From Seison nebaliae (lineage: Eukaryota), in contig JALJEE010002335.1 of NCBI GenBank assembly GCA_023231475.1, forward strand, positions 62,001 through 110,740: a stretch of DNA of 48,740 nucleotides. Direction: 5' to 3'. The translations under genes were made by a program, and so were the position numbers. Below the pieces are notes generated by a model, which saw only the letters and a program-made list of their open reading frames with translations, searched no databases and was not told the DNA's origin. Positions 12,696 through 24,368 of this stretch are shown piece after piece; the first letter of the stretch is position 1, and each line of letters starts with the position of its first letter.

Positions 12696-13612
12696 GACTA
12701 TGAACTTCTATAAATAGTAAGTGCTTTGTAGTTAGTAATGAGTCATGGAGTAAATTAATATCTTATTAGAATATTAAAAGAATTATAGGTAACCTTTGGC
12801 GCTAGCTTTTTTTGTTCCGATTTAGAATGTTCCAATAGAAAATCAAAAATTAGTTTTTAACAATTTACAATTTTTTTTGATTATATCTTACAATATGATC
12901 TATTTATCAATTAATTGTTATTTCGTCATTCTCAAACACAAATTACATGATAACATTTCAATCTTTATGTCGCAGTTTAGAACCAGAACAAACCATACTT
13001 ATATGTATGTTTTCTTTTACGAATCAATGAGTTCGAGTTTTTCAAATTTCGATTTTCCTTTTACTTCTACAATTATTTATTTCAGTCGTTTCTATTTGCA
13101 TTGTTTTAACGCAATTTTTAGAGAGTTCTCATTCTTATCATAGCAGAGTTTATTTCTAACGCCAGTGTCATATACTAACAAAAATTCTCCAATATATAAC
13201 CCTCGACTAGTTGTTCTTGGTAGTGGTCTAATTTTTGTTCGTCAAACTTTCTGATCTTGCTGGTCATATAATAATTTAATTATCTGAATTGACCATCAGT
13301 TCATTTGAACGAATCGGTTACCAAATTTATAACATTTACTTGTAAAGTGAGTTTATTTTTTGTTTTCGTACTTTACTGAAATCGCAAATGAAATTTACCA
13401 TCAATAATTTAATGAACAATTAATTGCATTAATTTTTAATAGCATTTAAATGTAGTTGTTCACCAATATTCTTTTCACGAAATTTACATTATTTCTATTA
13501 CTTTTGTTATACGTATTAGTATTTCAATATAATTACATGAAACCTAAATGAAAACAGTTTTCCTTCTCATTTATAATTGCTATTACATAATTTATTAATT
13601 TTTTTAAATGTA

Positions 13613-16600
13613 TTAATTATCAAAAGATTGTTCTAATATCCTACTAATGTTTACAGGTAACTCGGAGGTAGTTCTACAGACAAACGCACGATCTGACGGT
13701 AATTTTTGTTTCAAACTTTAAAAAAAAAGAAGAATTACAAGAAAATAAAAAAATATAAACTGATTAGCTTCGTCTCCCAAAGATCCAATGAATATAGCAT
13801 AACTAGATAAATTGACTTCATCTTTATGTTTATATGTGGATAATAATTCCCCAAAATTATCTACATTAATTCCATAACGACGAAAATTGGCATCAGATAG
13901 AATGATAATAAATGCTTCATCGAATTTATCATCTTTCGCTTCCAATAATTTTTTAATATTCTCTTGTTTGTTTTTCAAGCACGACACAGTATTATCACCG
14001 GCAAAACAAAATTGTGAATGAGCAATCATCATCTAGAAAAATATTTGTCTAACTAATTGATGAAAAAGAAATAATAAACTTTTAATATGTCAATCTTCTG
14101 TTTCGCATTTTTTGGTGGATAATGAACTTTGACAAATTCAATTGCATCATCTTCCCCAGAATGTCCAATAATCTCATAAACGATATCATCACGTCCTTCT
14201 GCCATTTCTATCAACATTAGGGCAGCCTCTAATTCTAATTGTAATCGACCATCATAACGAGCAAATCGATACATTGATCCACTCACATCAACCAATAATG
14301 AAATTAATTTTGGTCTGATTTTTGGAATTCCATCTTCCGGCTTGATTAATTCTCTTCTCTTATAAATATTCTTTTCGCCTAACATCGCTTCAACAATTTT
14401 AGTTTCATCCATTTCACTTCCTGTACTTTTCCCTCGAATCCATTGTCTTTCATTTCTTCGAGATTTTAAATTATCAAGTGCATTTCTTAATAATTCAACT
14501 TCATGATTAACTGCATTTCGATAACTGGTATAAGTACTAGCATCATATTCTGACATTTTTATTTCTTCTAATCTATTTAGAAAAATATAAAATAAGATCA
14601 AATGAATGAAAAAGAAACTTTTTCTTGAAAACTTCTCGATTCATTTCTCGCGCTTTCTTCAAAATTTCTTCTGGTACATTTTGTTTTATTTCGTCTGAAA
14701 CTTGATGAATGTCATGACCACCATCCAAACGATATGGTCCTCCAACACCACCTAAACCAGCTGTATCTCGTCCACCTGAACCACCGGCCCACGTATTCCC
14801 TCCAACATGTGGTTCATTATTCGGATCGACTTTTCCATGTTTCGGTCCTCCTAATTCTCCAAATAATCGATCAAGACGATTTCTTTCTAAAGAATTCTCT
14901 TCATTTAATCGAACAGAAATATTCAAATTATTCTTCATATTTTTCATTTTATTCCAAGACGACAATTGATCATAAGATGGAAATTCAATACCATTCTCTT
15001 CAAATTTTTTCGCAATTATTTCATAGATGGAAGTATTATGTACATCGAAATCGAAGACATTATTCAACGCCTCATATATCGCTGCCATTTCCATTTCCTT
15101 ATCATTTGAATTCTTATAATAGAATTCATTCAAATGTTTGATAACGGCAGTTAATTCTCTCGTTGAATATGGATATTTCAATTCGTCATTATTCACTAAT
15201 TCTCTTAAAGAATTGAAAGATAAAATTAATTTTTTCACAATCTCTTCCGGTACATGTTTCCCATATTGTTGCACTAATTCATATTCGGACTCAAAATCTG
15301 GATTATCGATTGCATAGCAATTAAATAGATCTCCCATTTGAGAATAGAAATCATTTCCTAAAAATGGAAATCCTGGTCGATTTGCTAAGACGATACAGCG
15401 GAAATCTTTATGGATTTTAATTACATTTTCATTACCCTCCAAATGATTTGGCACATGTTTTTTCAACAACCTTCCATCAGATAATCTCATTTGTCCTAAA
15501 ATAAATTTTCTAAAAAATTTAGAAAAATAAAAAAAAAAACCGGAATCAAATAGAGATCGAAGAACGACAGTAACATGTAAAGATGCTTTATCTGCTTCAT
15601 CGATTAAAAGAATAAGACCATTCTTTATAGCAGTAATTAATGGAGAATCAATAATATTGATCTTACCATCAATAATACTAATTTGTGATGATAATGAATG
15701 GATTGTTGTATCTCTATAAAATAAATTGAATTAATATGATAAATTAAATGAATTTAAAATTAAATAAATTAAATAATAAAACCGATGAAGTTGAATATAT
15801 TCTCTTGGTAATTCCAATTCTTGAAGTAATTTATCTGCCAACTTATTCTTTCCAACACCTTGATTTCCGATGAGACAAATATGATTTCCATTTCTCAAAT
15901 CACTTTTCATCAATTCTAACAATTGACGATGACGACGATTCTCATGGAAGACGATATTTGGGATCTTTCCCAAATTTTCACGAGACTTATTTGTCTTTTC
16001 AACTTTTTTTCCATTTTTACGATTCTTCTGAAACATTTCATCGAAATGGAAATCCTTCTCAATCGGAATAATTCGATTTAATAAATTGTTAAAATTATTC
16101 CTCGTAACAGTTGGGAGGAAACGATGTAACATCGAATTTTTGACAACAAAATGAATAAGAGAATTAGCAACGTCATTATTGATAGAAAATGATGCCAGAT
16201 TCTCCTGAATATTTAACATTTGTCGCAATGAATAAGTCAATTGTCGAAGATGGTTATTTGTCGAATCTTCCAATTCTTTGCGAATTGATAAAAGTTTATC
16301 AATAATTTCCTTATTTTTTCCATCATTATTCAATAGAATTTCACGAAATTCTGTTTCTTTTAATTCATCCAATTTCAAATTAATCCAACCCATTGACACC
16401 GTATCATTATTCAACCAATTTTGCTGTTTAGTTCCATTTTCACTAATGGCAATAATTCGAAATTGTTCATGACAACGATAAATATGTCGTTTTCCATCAA
16501 AAATTTTATCAATAATATTTTCTTGTTTATTATTGAAGAAATGATCGAACGATTTGGCGGATAAAATTCGATCACCATTAGGCAATTGATATTCTCGATC

Positions 16601-18331
16601 TTGAACTAATCTTTATAATTTTAAATAAGAAACAATTTAAAGAACATTTTTTAAAGCAACAAAAAATAATACCGTTGTAATGCGAATAATGTATGTGGAT
16701 GTAATCGATGAATTCCATCCAAAATGGTGACTTTTCCATCGATCATCGCTTGTAATAATTGGGAAATTTTCCATTCAGTATTTCCATTTTCTTCGTTTGT
16801 TATACGATTTATCATCAATTCGTTTAACGTCAAATCTTGATATAACGGAATAATTTCATGATTATCAATTTGTTTCAAATCTTTCAAAAAAGTTTCGACG
16901 AGAAAAGTTTTTCCACTTCCTCTCTCTCCAATTAGACAAATATCTGATCCACTTTCAAAAATTCCGTTTAATTGAAATAATGTCTTCTCTTGAGAATCCA
17001 CTAATTTCTTATGAGGAATTTTTGATTTAATATTTGTTGGATTGAATGATAAATTATATTCTTTCACAATCAATGATAACGTTTCTGAAATTTTATCATC
17101 TTTTGTTTGAAGGAGATTGATGGGATAAATCGAATTAAAAATAAAATCTCTTAAATTTTCTTTCTTATCTTCACATTTATCTAATAATCTTCCATAAATT
17201 TCTATTGCTGGTTTTATTAAATTTTCTGGGAAATAAAGTTTATGTCTCTCCTTTATAATTCCCAAATCGTCTGATTTACTTCCGTTATTAATGGCAAATG
17301 CGACAGATGTTAAATCATTTGAAAATTGTTTAACTAATTTCATTTGTTTCTCATTCTTTTCCTTAACGGTTTCTTCTATGAAGTTTGTTGAAATTGAATA
17401 ATTGAAATCTTCATCATTCTGTAAAAACTTTCCTTGAAAACGTGAACGGAAAGGTGGATCGATCGATTTACCATTAATTCCGAATTTGAAAGGAATTATC
17501 GACCTTTCCACACTATTAACACCATATGGTGTTCCCAAAACTATACAACGGAAATTGGAATGAATTGGAATTAATTTCGATACATTAATATCTTCTTTTC
17601 CATATTTCTTATTGAAAAAGAATAAATAAAATATCGAAAGAGATTTATGAAAATGAATAAACTTCCAATAAATTTCTATATTTATTTTCATTAATTAATA
17701 ATGATCCATCTTCTAATTGCATTTCACGATTCTCTAATAAATTATTAATAATGGGAAGAACATTTCGTTCGGCATTCTCAACAGCATCAATAACTAATAA
17801 TCGTCCATTCTTCACTGCTTCCACCACAATCTGATCAATAAATTTCACATTTCTTTCTTTCATTTCTCGACGTTGCTTCAAATCGCTTTCACTCGTATCT
17901 CTCGTCGTACAAATGTATTCGATCTCTCGATTAAATAATTCCTAAAAATTTCTTATGGACCAAAAAGAAAAAATGGCAAACCGAATAAATGAATGGTAGA
18001 TGTCGTTTCCTTGGAGTTACTGGACCGACGAGAAACATGTCCTGCTCTAATTTGTCTTTTTGTATCATCCATTTCAAATCTCTCAATAAACTTTGTGGAA
18101 TATTTCCTCCAACCGCATAACGGTTCCCTTTTAATATAAATAAAATTTATTTAGTTCCATGAAGAATGTGTAACAATATCCGATAGGGATAAGATGCTTC
18201 CATTCCGATTTGCTATTCGTTTCATGACTTATGCCATCAATCGTGATAGTTGACGATTTATATCTTTTCAATTGTATCTGTTTCATATGTTGTCGAAAGG
18301 TTTGACATCGTTGAAAATACATCGATGACAT
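13613..18331 (-). CDS. VWA8: von Willebrand factor A domain-containing protein 8 (multi-AAA ATPase + VWA), 10 exons, ~1420 aa
   Basis: Exons 18331-18175, 18127-17982, 17941-17663, 17607-16673, 16610-15783, 15713-15541, 15495-14619, 14572-14080, 14032-13761, 13715-13613. Motifs WMIQKDKL, RDTSESDLKQRRE, AERNVLPIINNLLENREMQLEDG, GERGSGKT, GNQGVGKNKL, LANRPGFPFLGNDF, PKHGKVDPNNEPHVGGNTWAGG, DVSGSMYRF, LSDANFRRYGI. Confidence 0.96.
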
Positions 18332-20118
18332 GATATTAACTTAACTTTAATAAATATGATGAAAAGTTATGTTCTACTTTCTTTCATTTCTTTTTCTTTT
18401 GAAGATCTTTGGCTTTTGTATCAAATATTTTTTATCTTCATCGAACGCTTTTACATGACTTTCAAACAATTCATTTTAATCCTATCATAACACGAGGATT
18501 CACATTACTTTACTTTTCCATCGAAAAATTTAGAAAGACGGATAGAAAAAATATCATTGAACTTCAAATTTCAATAATTTATATGAGCGTTATTTAAGAA
18601 CAGCATAATAGTGAAATAAAAAATTTTCAACAACTGTTGTTGTTGACAAAAATTTATAACTACAACCCAATTTTTAAACATTAAAGATTGATATTGTAAC
18701 TGGAATATCATTCTCATGAACATGCCGATGAACGAACACGTTCATTCCTTTTCTCTTATTGACATATTCAAAACATCCCGATTCAGGAAAAAGTTTTGGA
18801 ATATGAGAGACCTCACAACTACTAACCTCCCAACTTCGTAGCTTCTCTGAAACGTCCGTCAAGTAGGTGTAATAGAAGTTAATAATAGTTATAGAAGTTA
18901 TAGGTTGTGGAGTAGTAGTTCTGTAGATTGTTCCGAATATTTCAGTTCACACTAATCAGAACAGTCCGCCGATGAATCGGGAAACCGTTTCCAGGTACAT
19001 TTCGTAGAAGAATAAGTATAATAAGAAACTTTACAAGAAGAAGAAAAAATTGGGCTTTAGAAACAATTATTATTTTAAAGCCGTCAGTCCAAGGAGATCT
19101 ATTATACTTACAAAGTTAGCATCTTGTTAGCAAAGTTGATACCAGTGTTAGCATGAACTTAATCAGAGAACACCTAGTTGATCTTATATCGATTCATACA
19201 ACTTTGGTGTCCAAATTAACATCGCAACAATCGAAACTGTTTTCAACCAAACTATAATCATAGTTTTTAATCCATCGTAATATAATATAATAATTCATAA
19301 TAGAAATAACAAACAGTAAATCTATTCCAACAGAATATGCAAAGAAATAGTTTGTAGCACTAAACAGCTAATTCGACGTTGTTGAGCTTTATTAAACTGT
19401 GTAGTATTCACTGAATACTATCCATTAATATGACATTCAAATGAAATGTATTCGAAGACAATTTAATTCGGATGTTTCAACTGAGAATGTCCTTTAATGT
19501 AAAGGGAAATGATGATTAAGAAACATTATAATCTTTCTTAAAAATAGATCTCATGAAATCTATTTTGAGAACATCCCGAATTTTTCAACAGTAAACGACA
19601 AAGAAAGTTTAACAAATCAATGAACGTTGGTTGTTGAAAGAACGAATAAACTATTTGAAAAATGTTGTTGATGAAAATATCAATGAAAGAACAATTATAA
19701 TTTTTGAGGATAAAATCGATATTTTCACCACTTCTGAGTAGTTCAATAGGAGTGACGATTAATAAGCAGTTGAACAAAAGAAGAAATAATAAATTGTTTT
19801 TATTGCTTTGGAGCTATTTTAATTCAAGAATAAAATATTCATTAATAAGCTATTGATGATAAATATTTGTTTGGGTTCTTCTTATGTTGGATGCAGTTTC
19901 GATAATGATCATTCAAATAAGAAAGAAACAAGTGGAAAGAGGTTTTGTGACTATTGTTTATTCGTTGAAATCGAATACTGTAAAATAGAATAGATATGAA
20001 CGAAATAAACGATCATCAACTACATCATCATTTTCATAATAATGACAATTATTTTAAATGACTATTAAAACAAGTCGAATTATCATTCACTCGAAATCAT
20101 CATTTTCCTAATCATAAA

Positions 20119-20961
20119 ATGAAAGTAATGTCTTCTGATCGTCATATAATCCAGTCGATTACTGAACAATTCAATTTATCATCATATAATTCCTGTTCTG
20201 ATAATTTAGATAATATCAGTTTACTCCATCATTTTTTGCTATTTCTGCTAAAACAGCAACAACAACAACAAAAACAACGTCCGACACATTATGAATATCA
20301 AGAGGAATCTTTCATGAATCAAGATTATCATAATGAACATTTAAAAGTGGAAAATTCAAAAAGAAATTCGTCAACATTTTCAATCGATTCGTTGTTGAAT
20401 GATCCATCTTCATCGATAAAATCCGACATATCCAATCAAATTGTGCGAAATAACAATAACAACGACTTTGGAATTAGTCAATTAATCAGTCACACTTCGA
20501 AAATAAGAGAATATCCTCGCCATCAACATCATAATGTAGAAATGCGCCAAAAAGAAAATTCTAAATTATTATTTAAACCTTTAAAAGTTTTCTCTTGCAA
20601 TTCTCTACCCAACAAACAAAATTCATCTAATGCGAATCAAATAAATCATAAACGAAGTAGATTCACTTTTAAAACTGAACATCTTTTAATCATGAACAAG
20701 AAGTATCAATATAATCCTTATCCCGATTCGAGACAACGAATTCAGATCGCGTATGAATGTAATCTCCGATATGGACAAAGTACAAACAGAAGTTCTAGAA
20801 CTTTTTCTCTTATTCTTATTTTATTGTTGTTTGAATTAATAGATGTAAATCAATTGAAGAAAAATGAAATTGTTACAAAGCAGATTGTGACACATTGGTT
20901 TCAAAATAAACGAAAATTAGTTAAACGAATTAAAAGACAAGAACCGAATACCATTCAATAA
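20119..20961 (+). CDS. Atypical homeobox transcription factor, HNF1/HMBOX1-like (insertion between helix 2 and helix 3)
   Basis: RSRFTFK...NPYPD..QR..IA.ECN...L...E.VT...V.HWFQNKRK. One intron (20792-20842, or alternative donor at 20780). N-terminal eh1-like FSIDSLL. Confidence 0.85.
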   Translation: MKVMSSDRHIIQSITEQFNLSSYNSCSDNLDNISLLHHFLLFLLKQQQQQQKQRPTHYEYQEESFMNQDYHNEHLKVENSKRNSSTFSIDSLLNDPSSSIKSDISNQIVRNNNNNDFGISQLISHTSKIREYPRHQHHNVEMRQKENSKLLFKPLKVFSCNSLPNKQNSSNANQINHKRSRFTFKTEHLLIMNKKYQYNPYPDSRQRIQIAYECNLRYGQSTNRSSRTFSLILILLLFELIDVNQLKKNEIVTKQIVTHWFQNKRKLVKRIKRQEPNTIQ

Positions 20962-21599
20962 ACATGAAAATAATTAACAATAATCAACAAATAAATTTAT
21001 AATTTTGTACCGATCGTTTAATTTTTAAATATCTTGAAATAAAACTTTAAAATTATTTGATAATTTTAACTCTTCTAATATATAGTAATAACAATAATAT
21101 ACTTTTTCTGACAATTCTAACTATAAAACGAGTAAAACACATTGAAACGTGTCTATATAATTATTTTAGCGAACGTTATTATAATTTAGAATAAAGATAT
21201 TATAATTGTTTAGAAATACTATAATACAGTTAGTTACGTTTTCATATATCATAAGGAATTGTTCTAATACTATATGACCACATTTAAAAGAAGATATTTA
21301 GATTTCCAAAAAATTGCCTCATTGATAGACGAGAGTGCATTCTGAGTTTATTTAAAGATAAAAGATAAATTTAAGTTCTCTTTGTCGACGATAGAGTTTC
21401 ATTGTTATAACTTATATTTCATATTATTATTATTTATTAGTTAGAATTCCCGTCGGGATAAATGTGAAAAAAAGGAAAAAATTATTGTCTTCCTTGGTGA
21501 CAATAAAGAGTCGCAATTGATCGAGAGAATCACGGTCGATTTGTAGTGCGGAAGTGGAGTCGTATGTGGAGATAAAATATTTAAAATCTGTAAGAGAAA

Positions 21600-21955
21600 T
21601 GTTTAGAGATAACCCATAGTATCTGATAGTGTATGTGAAAACGGAATGGGTGTGAAAATGGTAGATTACGGAAGGATGACTGAAGAATAGGTCGGAATTG
21701 GTAAATTCATCAATAAGTTAAAAAATATGAAGGCACATTAGAATGGGAAGTGGTAAGAAATTCACTGTGGCGAAAAGAAGTGAACGGTTACATCTATGAA
21801 AGCAGCAGATCATTCTCCTAATGAGCCGATTGTAAGCTCGGTCCATGGACCAAAAAGACCGATGGAAGCATAGAAGAATGGTCTCCATGGAATACAGTGG
21901 TAGCACTAAACTCCTGAAAAGTGAAAGACGGATCATTAACGGAATGAACTTACAA
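21600..21955 (-). mobile_element. Decayed 3' (post-RT) fragment of a non-LTR retrotransposon
   Basis: RLSLFRSLVLPLYSMET...DRAYNRLIRR...CFHRCNRSLLFATV resembles the LF.S...P.Y..E region downstream of LINE RT domains. Homologous to the 9290-9590 copy. Confidence 0.65.
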
Positions 21956-24084
21956 GGGAACTACACTTACGTACCGGCTGTTAGTGTAATACTGTTAGAT
22001 TTGGGAGTGAAAGAGAAAAAAGTGCTGCAGAATTTGTTTCGGATACGATATGTATCTTCTATTTCATATGTTATTTTCTTGTTCTTCTGTTAATTCATAT
22101 GGATTAACACTTAACTATTAACACTGTTTTTTCGAGATTCTTTTCCCTCTGGATCTCTACATTTAAATTGACGAAAGTTGTTATGTCGTTTAACGTTAGT
22201 AAACTTCTGGATTAGACAAGTTCTACGTGTTGTAGGGGTTATGTGATCATGCTTTCAACAATCATGATGGGGTTTCAACGTCTTGATTGATTATCTAAAC
22301 AGTTATTTATATCCATTATTTATATTTCTATCCATTTATTCGGATGTGAATGATTTAGCTTATTTTTATTATTATATATATATTATATAATTATATATTA
22401 TTATATTAATGTATTAGTTTTACAGGATCTTAAATAAATTCTGTGGATAACACATATAATCAGTGGGTTCGGTTTTTAATCCCCCATCCTAGATCGTTCT
22501 GCAACATTTCATTCCAGAGGTACAATCATGTTCTACGACAAAGATTGACTATGGTCAATCTATGTTGTTGAATCATGAAAAATATTGCAAAATTTTTAGC
22601 TTTCTTAAATTATTCCCATGTCTCAATTTCGTTTGCTTGAATTTTGGCATTACAACTTATTTTACACTCGTCATTGTTAATTATGTTCGTATTATGATAC
22701 GTCTGTTATGACATAATTTTCATCTGTAATTGATAACAAAATTTGTTTCTTCATTTCAAGTTAAATAAGATACGTCGTATTCTCTTGCTACATATTCCAC
22801 TTGGTTCTGAACTCAACCACAACAACATTTTTTTAACTAACATAAACGTATGGATTATGTGAAATTTATGAAAATTTTTTGACTGTTGTTCAACTCTAAT
22901 GGGAAGACAGACCATTAAGCGTACACTTAAAAGAGATATATAGATCAATTGAATTTGGGATTGAACGTCTCAAAACATGTCCAAAAATTTGATGTACATC
23001 CAGAGTGACATATTTTTCAAGTTCTTCCCAAGGTTTAAACATCAGCCAGATTTTTTGAAGCGATAGATGTTTATTCTGTAAACTCTGTTCAAATAGTAAA
23101 CTATATTAAATATGTACGGGTCGTAGAGTAAAGCACAGTGGTTCAATTCACGTTTCCAATGTCACAAGGAGAAGTCATATGTTTCAAAACCTCACGGAAC
23201 TTACAAGATCTGTTAGAGATCTTCTACCACAGACCATAAAGGGGGAAATCGATCAACCAAAAATTAATTTTGCTCATATTGAGATTTTTAACAAAAATGT
23301 AAAGATAACTAAAGATATATAAAATATATACATAATATATGTAATATTGCAACACTATATCATAAACTAAAGATGTTCAAGAAACGTATATCAACAATTT
23401 CTATTAAATATTTTCGATATACTGTTTTAAATATATATCCGTATAAAATGAGAAATCAGATTGTGAAAATTTTGAAGTATAAACATTTGGAAGCCTGACC
23501 ATAACTTTGCTTTGCATATATTTATGAAGATATATGTAATTTAAAATCATCTTCAATGCTATTCAATGAGTTATGAGGACTCTTTCCTTCCGCGAAACTC
23601 AATTTTAGGGCATTAAATTATTATTTTATATTATACATTTAATAAAGAACCTTGTTTCTCGTAATTTAATCGTTTATCGCCACATAATTCTATATATCGA
23701 TTAAATAACAGTCCCCTAAGGAGGATTCTTAATAATCCTATTGGTTGTTGGAAAAATAGAAGTAACATCAGTAAAACTTGATAATCTCAAGTTGATATCT
23801 TGATCTAAAATGAAAATTTATATAAGTGAACATTGACCATTTAAAATAGAAAGATTTCCTTAAAGTTTTAGTGCAGGATGCAACCTTACAGACAGTTAGT
23901 CACCCATTTACATTCCCAAGTATGTAGGTCATTATTTATGTTCATTTTCTCATGAATTATGTCGATTACACTTTTAATTTATTGACAATAATAGCCAGAC
24001 CCTCAACTTATTTATGAATATAAAATCCCCAAACATTTTCATATTTCCTCTATGCAGTGGCATAAATAGTTCTTAAAAATAGAA

Positions 24085-24368
24085 ATGAAGTTTTTGGCTA
24101 TTCTTATTTTAGTTTCAACGGCAATCGCCAACATTTCTGCTTTCAGTTTCAATTGGCATTTCGGTTCTAGTCATAAGTGTCATTATACTCAATGTTATGT
24201 TAATCCATGTGATTTATCCAAATGTCCTGCTCACCCAGAAGCTTATTGCTTGTTAGTGGTCAATGAAATAATTTGTGATAATAATCTATTCCCAATTTCA
24301 GGATGAATAATTGTAATGGTTGTCATGCGCAATGGTTTGTCAACGGTATGCCAGTTCCTTGTGTATAA
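24085..24368 (+). CDS. Small secreted Cys-rich peptide (77 aa, 2 exons)
   Basis: Exons 24085-24251 and 24302-24368 (50-nt GTTAGT..CAG intron). Signal peptide MKFLAILILVSTAIANISA. Mature part CHYTQCYVNPCDLSKCPAHPEAYCLMNNCNGCHAQWFVNGMPVPCV has 8 Cys. TATA-like tataaaa at ~24019. Confidence 0.8.

Noticed and set aside
18674..19000. Possible transposase or pseudogene remnant upstream of VWA8 (also 22750-23240)
   Set aside because: Slightly coding-like composition but no recognisable motif.
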